Assembly (NCBI GenBank): GCA_963802255.1
Contig: CAWDHY010000001.1
Coordinates: forward strand, 491,842-555,841
DNA: 64,000 nt
From: Candidatus Magasanikiibacteriota bacterium
Lineage (GTDB): Bacteria > Patescibacteriota > Patescibacteriia > Magasanikbacterales > GWA2-37-8
Direction of reading: 5' to 3'
The position numbers were made by a program, and so were the translations under genes. This document shows, one piece after another, positions 29,573 to 37,682 of this stretch. The notes below the pieces were generated by a model. The model saw nothing but the letters and a program-made list of their open reading frames with translations, had not been told where the DNA came from and did no database searches. Every line of letters begins with the position of its first letter. Within the stretch, counting starts at the first letter, position 1.

Positions 29573-30176
29573 GGGCACGTTCTCGCCCCATAATAATTTT
29601 TTTATGGGAAGGGAAAAAAGGAGATATGCTGATCGTGCCGCCTATATGATAAAAGCGGTTGATAAAAGACGGAAACTAATCCGAAAAATGTCAGTCGAAT
29701 ATATGGGTGGTCGCTGTGCAATTTGTGGCTATAATAAATGTAATTATGCGCTTGAATTCCATCATAAGAATTCTGACGCGAAAGATTTCGGCATTTCAGC
29801 TAAAGGATATACCAGGAGCTGGGAGAAAGTTAAAGCCGAGCTTGATAAGTGCGTTTTATTGTGCGCAAATTGCCACAGAGAAATACACGAAGGCATGACG
29901 CAGCTTCCTTGAGTAATCAAGGTCGTAAACGAGGTGAATTGTCCCGATAAGCAATCGGGATCTCGCAAATATATAATTTTAGTGAAGCGGGACTGGGAGC
30001 CTAAACTGTGAAAACAGTATGGTAATCAGCAGCCGAGCCCGCAAAGGCGGGAAGGTTCAGAGACTATCCTTTTACAGGAGTACATCAATTTTTTTGATGG
30101 AAGCGCCTCGCTCCTTCGATTTATATGCGAAGGATGATGATATAGTCCACCCTATTTGGAAACAGATAGACAAGTG
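29573..30176 (+). mobile_element. group I self-splicing intron with internal HNH homing-endonuclease ORF
   Basis: Recognisable group I core elements: P-like 'GCGGGA' (29986-29991), Q-like 'CCCGC' (30037-30041), R 'GUUCAGAGACUA' (30055-30066), S 'GAUAUAGUCC' (30139-30148), P2-like hairpin 'UCCCGAUaagcaAUCGGGA', terminal G at 30176. The ORF occupies a 5' peripheral loop. Confidence 0.7.
29604..29912 (+). CDS. HNH homing endonuclease (intron-encoded)
   Basis: '...CAICGYNKCNYALEFHHKNSDAKDFGIS...LLCANCHREIH': CxxC...HH...N...CxxCH, the HNH motif. The start could be ATG 29604 (MGREK...) or 29690 (MSVEY...). The ORF-track TTG start at 29565 lies inside the tRNA exon and is rejected. Confidence 0.7.
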   Translation: MGREKRRYADRAAYMIKAVDKRRKLIRKMSVEYMGGRCAICGYNKCNYALEFHHKNSDAKDFGISAKGYTRSWEKVKAELDKCVLLCANCHREIHEGMTQLP

Positions 30177-30222
30177 TAATCAATTGGTCGTGGGTTCGAA
30201 TCCCACCCCCGGAGCGAAAGAG

Positions 30223-30247
30223 AAAAAATCCCGATAGGGATTTTTTT
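30223..30247 (+). terminator. rho-independent terminator after tRNA-Asn
   Basis: 'aaaaaATCCCgataGGGATttttttt'. Confidence 0.65.
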
Positions 30248-30250
30248 ATT

Positions 30251-30440
30251 GAACGACGGGGAGCAACCAAATAGTTTTGGTTGCGTGTGGGGTGAGAACG
30301 CCGGAGCGATGTTTGGCGAGCTTGCTGGCGAGACAAACCGCGAGGCGGTGGCCAGACAAAATTTTCGGAAGAAAATTTTAGTCGAAGCCGAATCCCACCC
30401 CCGGTGCAAAATTAAAACAAGGCCTGAACGGCCTTGTTTT
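30251..30440 (+). repeat. tRNA-linked GC-rich structured element, copy A (candidate ncRNA / miniature integrative element)
   Basis: Hairpin 1 'GCAACCAAAtagtTTTGGTTGC'. Core 'ACGCCGGAGCGATG'. Hairpin 2 'GTTTG...CAAAC'. Core 'CGCGAGGCGGTGGC'. GGAA-tetraloop hairpin 'AAAATTTTCggaaGAAAATTTT'. 'GTCGAAGCC', then 'CGAATCCCACCCCCGG', which duplicates the tRNA-Asn 3' end. Own terminator 'aaaacAAGGCCtgaacGGCCTTgtttt'. Homologous copies at 41817..42027 and 56558..56770. Confidence 0.6.
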
Positions 30441-30455
30441 AATTTGATAATTAAT

Positions 30456-31271
30456 TTACTCGTTTATCCCCACAAACGGTGTCGCTTCACCCCAATAAGT
30501 CGGCACTTTTCCATCCCACTTTTCTATCCAGCGTAATTCCACGACCTTCGGGTTTAAAATAAGGGCCTGAGCTTCAGTTTTGATAGCTTTTGCCTTTCCT
30601 TCTGCTTCTATCACTTTTTGGTCCGCTTCAATCCGGATTCTCTCCAAATCCCGCTCTGCCTTGAGTTTAAGTTGTTCAGCCGTTACCTTGGCTTCAATCG
30701 CTTCATTAAACGATTTGGAAAAATCAAAAGCTGTAATATTTATTTCGTCTACGACAATATGATTTTTTATCAATCTCTCCGCTAAATTAATTTTAATCTG
30801 GTCTTTAACATCTTCACGCCTGATTATCAGCTCCTCAGCCGTAAATTTTGCCGTGACCGCTTTAACCGCCTCCTGGATTGATGGCGCGATTATGCGTGAG
30901 TTATAATCTTTCCCCACATCCCGCCAAATAACATTCACATTAGCCGGCGACAGATGGTAATTTATAGCAATTTTTGATGTGACTATCTGCAAATCTTTGG
31001 AAGACGCGCTTGCAGGCACTTCATCTTTTTGCATTTTAACATCCATTTTTACTACCCTTTGTATTAAAGGAATTTTAAAATAAAGACCTTCACCAAATAC
31101 CTTGTCCTTAACAGCTCCAAATTGTAACAGCACTCCTCTTTCACCCGCTCCCACAGTTCCTACTGAACCAAATATTAACGATGCGACAACAACCACAAGC
31201 GCTGAAAGCAATATGCTTTTTTTTATTTTCTTAATATTTTCTATCTGCTGTGGATCAAATACATTGTTCAT
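30456..31271 (-). CDS. SPFH/band-7 (prohibitin/HflC-like) membrane protein
   Basis: N-terminal TM then SPFH domain ('ERGVLLQFGAVKDKVFGEGLYFKIPLIQRVVKMDV') and C-terminal coiled coil. Confidence 0.8.
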   Translation of the reverse strand: MNNVFDPQQIENIKKIKKSILLSALVVVVASLIFGSVGTVGAGERGVLLQFGAVKDKVFGEGLYFKIPLIQRVVKMDVKMQKDEVPASASSKDLQIVTSKIAINYHLSPANVNVIWRDVGKDYNSRIIAPSIQEAVKAVTAKFTAEELIIRREDVKDQIKINLAERLIKNHIVVDEINITAFDFSKSFNEAIEAKVTAEQLKLKAERDLERIRIEADQKVIEAEGKAKAIKTEAQALILNPKVVELRWIEKWDGKVPTYWGEATPFVGINE

Positions 31272-31290
31272 ATTTCGCGATTATATTAAA

Positions 31291-31875
31291 TTAACGGCTC
31301 CTTAATGTCTTAATAATTTTTTTCAACTCAACCATTTTAATTTCTCTCCCGACCATAAGCTTAGTCAATGTTTCCAATTCCTTAATTTTAGTGAGTAATT
31401 TTTTCGTCCGCTCGCCAACCTTCGCTTCAAGTCCTTTCATATAATCGGCCATTTTTTCATCCAGCTTTCTTCTTGTTGTTATATCCTCCATAGCCAGGAC
31501 AATCAATTGTAATGAGTCAATTCGTTTAGCATTAATTAAAATGAATTTTTCTCCGATTTTTTGAAATTTATGCCTAACTTCGTAGTTTGTGACAATTTTG
31601 TTTTTTGGCAGTATTTCCTCGAGCAGTTTTTTTAGAACTTCAATATTCCACTGTCCATTACCTAAATCATAAAAAAACTTGTTAACCGTATCTTTTGGTT
31701 TAACGCGAAAATAATCATAAAAAATAGGATTAGCCGTGATAATGCGTAAATCGCAATCTAAAATTATAAAAGGTTCTCGGGCCACATCAACAAGCATTTT
31801 CATGTAATGTACCGCATTTTTACGCAAATCTTGATTTATTTTTGATTTTATTTTGTTTACAGCCATATTAAACAA
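31291..31875 (-). CDS. PAS domain protein with C-terminal coiled coil (no output domain)
   Basis: PAS core 'MLVDVAREPFIILDCDLRIITANPIFYDYF...'. The C-terminal roughly 60 aa are a predicted coiled coil. Confidence 0.55.
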   Translation of the reverse strand: MFNMAVNKIKSKINQDLRKNAVHYMKMLVDVAREPFIILDCDLRIITANPIFYDYFRVKPKDTVNKFFYDLGNGQWNIEVLKKLLEEILPKNKIVTNYEVRHKFQKIGEKFILINAKRIDSLQLIVLAMEDITTRRKLDEKMADYMKGLEAKVGERTKKLLTKIKELETLTKLMVGREIKMVELKKIIKTLRSR

Positions 31876-31954
31876 AAATACTTAATAAATACTTTTTTTA
31901 TTGTACCATTTACTAACGATAAGCTCAAACTGCTTATATAAAAAGGTAAATTTG

Positions 31955-33160
31955 TTAATCAATCTCCTGCGACAATAATATCCTAGCCTTTTCCTGCCAA
32001 ATCAACTCTCCCCTATTTTCCATTTCAAGAAGGTAGTCCGCGATAATTGCTTCCCGTTCTTGTTTTTCGGGCAATAATTTTATGTAAGCGAGTAATAAAT
32101 CGTATTGTGCCACCAGCCGTTTATCGTTATCTTCAATTTGAAGCCATAAATTGTTCTGATAAGCCCAAGATATAAATTCCGGGTTCTCAATATTTTCTTC
32201 AATCACGCCCAACAATTTTGCCTGTACTGTCTCTTCTTCTACTCCGGAATAATCATTTTTATTGAGCAAATGTTTTATCGGCCCCAAAGTTATGTCAAGG
32301 TATTCTTCTATTCGTTCCGGTTCATAAGGGATATCCTGAACAGGATACAGAGGGCGCATGGTCAAATGAATTTTTTCCGGATGATTGGCCACATCCATAG
32401 CGGATACCGCTTCAATCAATTTTTGAGCTTGATTAAAAGACAAATCGGTTTTGATCGTTTTGTAGACAATATATTGTAAAGCAGTATCCAATTTTGATAT
32501 TTCCGTCGGGATAAACTGAACCATCATTTGTTTGATGAAGGTGGAATGATTATGAGCGCGCTGAGGCTCGCCGATGGCATAACCCTGGCGTTGTCTTAGC
32601 CACTGAAGAGTTTCAGTGGTTGGCAGATTCAAGTTGCGCAGAATTCCAAGCACTTCGGAAAAACCGACAACTGCTAAATAATCGGCTTTAACCCCGAGAA
32701 TTTTTTCAATCTGCTTTATGCCATATTCCAAACCGCCCAGACCGCAGGCATTTGATACATAATAATCGGAAGATGTTGAGCCTTTTCCGGGTGGCAGAGG
32801 TGAATATGTACCGCGAGGCACGGCTGTAATCGTGACGTTGTCGGAATTCTTATCTATTGTGACAAGTTGGATCGCATCACAATGTCCGTTCTCCTGACCG
32901 ATGCGTGAATCAAGACCGATAAAAAGCAACCGCACCATATTATCTTCGCCAAAAATATCTTCAATTCCCTCTTCAGAACTATTTACACGGCGGGAATCAA
33001 TAATACTATCAATCGCCTGATTTCTAGCTTTTTCAACCGCACGTTCTGCCGCTACGGCTCGCAACCAAAATACTCCCCTGATTAACAACCAGATAGACAA
33101 CCCTGAAATTAGGATAATTAAAAAAATGGTAATTTTCCTTTTTATTTTCATAAAATTCAT
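31955..33160 (-). CDS. LytR-CpsA-Psr (LCP) family cell-envelope phosphotransferase
   Basis: N-terminal TM. 'LFIGLDSR...GHCDAIQLVTIDKNSDNVTITAVPRGT' matches the LCP core (conserved Asp/Arg, 'PRD/G'-type motif). Confidence 0.65.
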   Translation of the reverse strand: MNFMKIKRKITIFLIILISGLSIWLLIRGVFWLRAVAAERAVEKARNQAIDSIIDSRRVNSSEEGIEDIFGEDNMVRLLFIGLDSRIGQENGHCDAIQLVTIDKNSDNVTITAVPRGTYSPLPPGKGSTSSDYYVSNACGLGGLEYGIKQIEKILGVKADYLAVVGFSEVLGILRNLNLPTTETLQWLRQRQGYAIGEPQRAHNHSTFIKQMMVQFIPTEISKLDTALQYIVYKTIKTDLSFNQAQKLIEAVSAMDVANHPEKIHLTMRPLYPVQDIPYEPERIEEYLDITLGPIKHLLNKNDYSGVEEETVQAKLLGVIEENIENPEFISWAYQNNLWLQIEDNDKRLVAQYDLLLAYIKLLPEKQEREAIIADYLLEMENRGELIWQEKARILLSQEID

Positions 33161-33369
33161 TTTACTCCTCCTGCCAAAAAAGGCAATATATACGGCGTTT
33201 ATTTACTAAAATATCGTACTCATCCGATATTGTGCACAAATCAATATATATTGACTTTTTAGTATATTTATGCTACACTAATATTCACAAAAATATCCCA
33301 GGTAGGAACATAGTCGAATTTTACCCGTGATCAATTTTTGTAAATTATTCACAATGTTTCTATCTACCT

Positions 33370-33570
33370 ATGACAGGTACTATCAAGACTCTGATTGCAG
33401 ATAAGAACTTTGGCTTTATCACCCCTGAAGATGGCTCAAAAGATTTATTCTTTCACGCCACTTCTTTAAACGGTATTGATTTTACCGCTTTAAAGCAGGG
33501 TGATGCAGTCACTTTCGAAGTCGAGCAGTCGGAAAAAGGTCCGAGAGCAGTCAATGTCGCTCGCGCCTAA
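33370..33570 (+). CDS. cold-shock protein (CSD)
   Basis: 'GTIKTLIADKNFGFITPEDGSKDLFFHATSL' carries RNP1/RNP2-like motifs of CspA. Preceded by a roughly 100-nt leader. Confidence 0.85.
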   Translation: MTGTIKTLIADKNFGFITPEDGSKDLFFHATSLNGIDFTALKQGDAVTFEVEQSEKGPRAVNVARA

Positions 33571-33580
33571 TACCTCTTAA

Positions 33581-33612
33581 AAAAAGCCCTCCTGAAAATG
33601 GAGGGTTTTTTA
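33581..33612. terminator. bidirectional rho-independent terminator
   Basis: 'aaaaaaGCCCTCCtgaaaatGGAGGGttttttaat'. Confidence 0.65.
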
Positions 33613-33625
33613 ATATATAAAATTT

Positions 33626-34957
33626 TTAAAATTCGGTCAGTTTATCGTCTTCATCCGGACGCTTTACACCGTGAAAAACAGCATCAATAATATTTTGCAC
33701 GCCAAATTGCCGGCCATCCAAAAAACCTGACATAGCCGCTTCCGCAAGCCAGCCTGATTCAACCCAGTCAAAAAGCCATTCATTGGTATAGCGCGGATTA
33801 TCCTGGAATATTCCGGCTCCGATCGTCTTTAACCATGTTTTATTAAACACTTCCTGTGAACCGATCGGAGGGGCAGTGACGATCGGCAGGCCCAAGGCGC
33901 TATAAAACACCAATTCGCTCGGTTTAGTCCAAAGAACATCGGTTTCACGCAGGCATTCATTAAACCGCCTGAAATAATCTTCTTTGTGAATATCAAATAA
34001 AATATGCAAGTTTCGCTCATACGCTTTGCTGAGCCCTGTTTTTTTTATTCTCTCGTGAAAATAACGATAGACATCATTTCTCGTGCCGGCAACCAGATTA
34101 AAATTAATTTCATTATTTAATATTTTCTTTTTTAAACTGATTAATATATCATCTGCTAATACCTTTTGTGCGCCGGCGCCTCCGACTGCGAATGTTACGG
34201 TTAATGGATGATTATGTTTTGCCTCAATCTTTATATCCTTCAAAAAATGTCTAATCGTTTCCGCATATTTTTTTCTATAACGTTTTTCCGGGTCAAGATT
34301 TATCAGTCTTTCCGCAACATCAGATTTTAATTTTCCTAAATTTGCGCCACCCAAGTTTTCTTCCGGTAAGGGAAACCCAGTCAGAAATATGTTTCCTTCC
34401 TTTACGCCATATGATTTTAGCCTTTCAACCACCCGCCGGCACGGTGCTAAATATTTAATGCGACTATGAGCCGGATTTAGAGCCACCCATGTGCGGCTGA
34501 TATCCGAGTCGCAGATAATGGTGTAAATTTCATTTTTAAAACCATGCTCTTCAGCAAAAAAAGCAACCGTAAAAAAAGAAGTGATTAGAGGGACATCTTC
34601 CTGATTCAGATAATCAATCAAATCCTTCCCCCATCCGCCCCTTATCCAGTTGTACATCTCTCTAATTTGAAGCGTGGGCTTGGATAAATCACGTCGGGGA
34701 TAAAACTGCGGTATCGCCTGAAGTTTGTCATATTGATTGAAAAGCCAGTTTCCAACAACCGGTATATTAGTCAATCGTGAAACGAATTCATAAAAAGACC
34801 GCGTTCTTTTCCATATTTTAAGATCGTGGCTTGGGATACCCCGGTAATTATTAGCATTGATGACTTGGCCCGTCGGCGACAAATGCCGAAGAGGATGAGC
34901 GGCGCGCTGATGGCCATAACCCATATCCACAGCTACAATCCATGCTTTGTAATCCAT
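33626..34957 (-). CDS. putative GT-B fold glycosyltransferase (MurG/MGDG-synthase-like N-terminal G-x-G-H motif)
   Basis: 'AVDMGYGHQRAAHPL' near the N-terminus and 'VTFAVGGAGAQKVLADDIL' mid-protein resemble GT28-type nucleotide-sugar transferases. Exact family not resolved. Confidence 0.4.
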   Translation of the reverse strand: MDYKAWIVAVDMGYGHQRAAHPLRHLSPTGQVINANNYRGIPSHDLKIWKRTRSFYEFVSRLTNIPVVGNWLFNQYDKLQAIPQFYPRRDLSKPTLQIREMYNWIRGGWGKDLIDYLNQEDVPLITSFFTVAFFAEEHGFKNEIYTIICDSDISRTWVALNPAHSRIKYLAPCRRVVERLKSYGVKEGNIFLTGFPLPEENLGGANLGKLKSDVAERLINLDPEKRYRKKYAETIRHFLKDIKIEAKHNHPLTVTFAVGGAGAQKVLADDILISLKKKILNNEINFNLVAGTRNDVYRYFHERIKKTGLSKAYERNLHILFDIHKEDYFRRFNECLRETDVLWTKPSELVFYSALGLPIVTAPPIGSQEVFNKTWLKTIGAGIFQDNPRYTNEWLFDWVESGWLAEAAMSGFLDGRQFGVQNIIDAVFHGVKRPDEDDKLTEF

Positions 34958-34958
34958 A

Positions 34959-35663
34959 TTACTTCCTCCTTAATAATTTATTTTTCGCGAAAATAAAACC
35001 CATTTTTTTATCAAATTTTGACGGAAAAACCTGAACGCCAAAATGATTTTCCCGTAATATTTGCTCTAAAACTTTATGATTTTTTGAGCCGAAATTATGA
35101 TATTCAAAAATAAAAAAATTGATTATCAAAAAATCTTTGGCGGATAAATTTGAAATGACATCATATTCTCCGCCTTCAATATCCATCTTTACCAAATCAA
35201 TACATTTCAGTTTATATTTTTTTGCTAAATCCGGCAGAGCGCAGGTATTCACCTTAACTGCTTTTTCGCTAGTGAGAAACCCCGCGTTTTTTAAGGAATG
35301 ATTCTGACTGTCATCTGAAATTAGCAGCTCAGCATCCCCACTTTCTCCCGTTAATGCCGCAGATAATGGCTCTACATTTTTGACATTATTTAATCTGAAA
35401 TTCTCGAGCATAAAAGCATAATTCCTTTCCTCTGGTTCAAGCGCCAAAATTTTGACTTTTGAATTTAGAATTCTGCAATAAATTGTAAAATAGCCCGCGT
35501 GCGCACCAGCGTCTATAATTGCTGTTTTGGCATTGATAATTACGTCTTCCGCGCTCCTATATTCTCTATATTTGAATATTTCTCCTGCGACACTATCATC
35601 CACATCATCACGCAATTGAAGTTCAATTTGTTTGCCTGATAATTTTACTCTTCTAGTTTTCAT
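34959..35663 (-). CDS. FkbM family SAM-dependent methyltransferase
   Basis: 'AIIDAGAHAGYFTIYC' (FkbM motif) and 'LEPEERNYAFMLENF'. Confidence 0.7.
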   Translation of the reverse strand: MKTRRVKLSGKQIELQLRDDVDDSVAGEIFKYREYRSAEDVIINAKTAIIDAGAHAGYFTIYCRILNSKVKILALEPEERNYAFMLENFRLNNVKNVEPLSAALTGESGDAELLISDDSQNHSLKNAGFLTSEKAVKVNTCALPDLAKKYKLKCIDLVKMDIEGGEYDVISNLSAKDFLIINFFIFEYHNFGSKNHKVLEQILRENHFGVQVFPSKFDKKMGFIFAKNKLLRRK

Positions 35664-35734
35664 ATGGTTAATTATACATCAAATATCAACGAAAAACAAA
35701 AAAGCCACGCCAATAGCGTGCTATATTTCACTCG

Positions 35735-35805
35735 TTCCGGGGCTTGGAATCGAACCAAGATAGACAGCTTCAAAGGCTGTTGTCCTACCTTTAGACGACC
35801 CCGGA
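35735..35805 (-). tRNA. tRNA-Gln(UUG)
   Basis: Minus strand reads 'UCCGGGGUCGUCUAAAGGUAGGACAACAGCCUUUGAAGCUGUCUAUCUUGGUUCGAUUCCAAGCCCCGGAA', 71 nt, with U1-A72, anticodon loop CUUUGAA and discriminator A. Confidence 0.8.
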
Positions 35806-35807
35806 AA

Positions 35808-36716
35808 TTAAACCTTTAACTGTCGTCTCATTGCCAAGAAGCTTGACGCAATAGTCAATATGAGTACAGCTAAAGCCTGAATACCAAACAGGTAGAAGAT
35901 ATGCGAATTATAGTAATTTGTCAAGCTGAAACTATTGGGAAAAACGATCTGAACATAAGGATCAATCCAGCGCAAGGCCATATATATGAGACCGCCGGTC
36001 AGACCCACGCTAAGAATTGTATAAATAACTGATTCAATGACATACGGCCCTTTAATGAACCAGCTGGAAGCCCCAACCAGGCGTTTGATGCTGATTTCAA
36101 TCCGGTGCGTATAAATCGCCACCCTTACCGTATTAAAAATAATCAAAAATGAAATTACGGCAAAAAGCACAGACAGGCCAAAACCAAGACGCTCAATCCG
36201 GTTAGTTATATTTTGAATCTTTTCAATCCCCTCTTCATGACCTTCAAAACTTTTTGTTTCAATTAAGTTTTCATATTCCGGCACATCAAGCGCCGACAAA
36301 ACTTTTTTATAATCTTCAGGTTCCCGGGTTTTAATAATTAGGGTCGGGCCAAAAGGATTTTCGCCCAATTCTGTTAATCCAGCCAATACATCCTCACTGA
36401 GTTTATGACGCTCTTCAAAAGACTTCAAAACATCTTCGCGGGTCATCAATTGGGCATCTATCACTTCGGGAAATTGCGCTAAATATTTTTGAACATCAGT
36501 CACTTCTTTATCCAGCGCTTCCGCTTTGAAATACAAGCTAACATTAATTTGATTTTTAACCAATTTAACCGCTTCTTTTGTTACAACATCTACCGACCAT
36601 AAAACATTGACGGATAAAAGCATCAACACAAGAATAAAAACCGTCATGAAAGACAGGCCAATATTGCGTCCAAGGTCCTGAAAAGCGAATTTTAGTAATC
36701 TCCAAAATGCGGTCAT
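35808..36716 (-). CDS. ftsX: cell division ABC transporter permease FtsX
   Basis: 302 aa. N-terminal TM, large extracytoplasmic loop, three C-terminal TM helices. Directly downstream of ftsE. Confidence 0.8.
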   Translation of the reverse strand: MTAFWRLLKFAFQDLGRNIGLSFMTVFILVLMLLSVNVLWSVDVVTKEAVKLVKNQINVSLYFKAEALDKEVTDVQKYLAQFPEVIDAQLMTREDVLKSFEERHKLSEDVLAGLTELGENPFGPTLIIKTREPEDYKKVLSALDVPEYENLIETKSFEGHEEGIEKIQNITNRIERLGFGLSVLFAVISFLIIFNTVRVAIYTHRIEISIKRLVGASSWFIKGPYVIESVIYTILSVGLTGGLIYMALRWIDPYVQIVFPNSFSLTNYYNSHIFYLFGIQALAVLILTIASSFLAMRRQLKV

Positions 36717-37393
36717 AAACGATATTTACCTTCGCGTTCGTCAGATGAAATTTCACCGCCTCGCAAAGTTATTACCCGCCGTCGCAAGCTGTTTACAATC
36801 TCGCGATTATGCGTCGCGAGCAAAACGGTTGTACCGAATTCATTAATTTTTTTTAAAATTTCAATTATTTCAACCGTATTTATAGAATCGAGATTTCCGG
36901 TCGGTTCGTCCGCAATCATTATTTTTGGACGATGCACCAGTGATCTGGCTATTGCTACACGCTGTTGCTCGCCTCCGGAGAGTTGTTGGGGATAACGATG
37001 ATATTTATCGCTAAGCCCCACAATATCCAAGACCTGCGGTACTACTTTATGAATTCGCTCCCCTGTTTCACCGGCAACTTCAAGAGCAAAAGCTACGTTT
37101 TCATATACAGTTTTTTTCGGCAATAATTTGAAATCCTGAAAAATAACGCCTATCTGACGCCTTAGAAATGGTATATCAACCGGACTGATACTGGTAATGT
37201 CCCAATCCCCGATAAAAATTTGCCCCTTTGTCGGTTTTTCCTCGGCAATTAATATTTTTACCAATGTTGATTTTCCCGTTCCGCTCTGTCCGACAATAGA
37301 AACTAACTCGCCGGCGCCTATGTGCAAGTTGATATCGCGAAGCCCGATAGATTCTTCGCTGTAAATTTTGCTTACTCCATTTAACCGAATCAT
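36713..37393 (-). CDS. ftsE: cell division ATP-binding protein FtsE
   Basis: Walker A 'GQSGTGKST', signature 'LSGGEQQRVAIARSL', Walker B '[12 protein letters not shown]'. The likely start is 'MIRLNGVSK' at 37393, preceded by 'TGgTATAAT' 10 nt upstream. Confidence 0.85.
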   Translation of the reverse strand: MIRLNGVSKIYSEESIGLRDINLHIGAGELVSIVGQSGTGKSTLVKILIAEEKPTKGQIFIGDWDITSISPVDIPFLRRQIGVIFQDFKLLPKKTVYENVAFALEVAGETGERIHKVVPQVLDIVGLSDKYHRYPQQLSGGEQQRVAIARSLVHRPKIMIADEPTGNLDSINTVEIIEILKKINEFGTTVLLATHNREIVNSLRRRVITLRGGEISSDEREGKYRL

Positions 37394-37465
37394 AACAATA
37401 TAAATTATACCATATTTTTTTGTAAGCAGACAATCACAAAATGATACGCATTTTTGACTCAATTG

Positions 37466-37537
37466 AGCCGACCGCGGGATTTGAACCCGCAACCTACGGT
37501 TTACGATACCGTTGCTCTACCGTTGAGCTAGGTCGGC
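37466..37537 (-). tRNA. tRNA-Thr(CGU)
   Basis: Minus strand 'GCCGACCUAGCUCAACGGUAGAGCAACGGUAUCGUAAACCGUAGGUUGCGGGUUCAAAUCCCGCGGUCGGCU', with G1-C72, C2-G71 and U73. Confidence 0.85.
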
Positions 37538-37571
37538 GTCGAAAGCAAAGTAATCTTTGCTCCGTACTCCG

Positions 37572-37642
37572 AGCGGGATACGAGAATCGAACTCGCATCT
37601 CTTGCTTGGGAAGCAAGCATACTACCACTGTACTAATCCCGC
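37572..37642 (-). tRNA. tRNA-Gly(CCC)
   Basis: Minus strand 'GCGGGAUUAGUACAGUGGUAGUAUGCUUGCUUCCCAAGCAAGAGAUGCGAGUUCGAUUCUCGUAUCCCGCU', with anticodon loop UUCCCAA and U73. Confidence 0.85.
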
Positions 37643-37646
37643 TTTA

Positions 37647-37672
37647 GAAAAGGCGGGGAATTACCCCGCCTT
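37647..37672 (-). terminator. rho-independent terminator after the PPIase gene
   Basis: 'aaaGGCGGGGaattaCCCCGCCttt' hairpin 5 nt upstream of the tRNA-Gly 5' end. Confidence 0.55.
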
Positions 37673-37682
37673 TATGGGCAAA

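Larger units (their letters stand above)
29539..30214 (+). tRNA. tRNA-Asn(GUU) interrupted by a group I intron in the anticodon loop (exon 1 29539..29572, exon 2 30177..30214)
   Basis: Joined exons give 'UCCGGGGUAGCGCAGCGGUAGCGCAGUUGACUGUUAAUCAAUUGGUCGUGGGUUCGAAUCCCACCCCCGGAG', a perfect 72-nt cloverleaf with U1-A72, G73 and anticodon GUU (the Asn identity set). The 5' exon ends in U and the intron ends in G. Confidence 0.75.

Noticed and set aside
29539-29590. Reading the 5' tRNA half alone as tRNA-His(GUG), or the split gene as tRNA-Thr(UGU)
   Set aside because: Only the CUGU|UAA junction gives a canonical 7-nt loop consistent with the acceptor identity elements (U1-A72, G73). A His reading needs exon boundaries that violate the group I U/G rule. 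A Thr reading conflicts with G73/U1-A72, although the 'GGUCG' P1 candidate would fit it, so some ambiguity remains.
29565-29603. ORF-track TTG start of the HNH ORF at 29565
   Set aside because: It lies inside tRNA-Asn exon 1 and the anticodon loop. The ATG at 29604 (or 29690) within the intron is the plausible start.
37441-37647. 68-aa plus-strand ORF
   Set aside because: Lies entirely over the tRNA-Thr and tRNA-Gly genes on the opposite strand.
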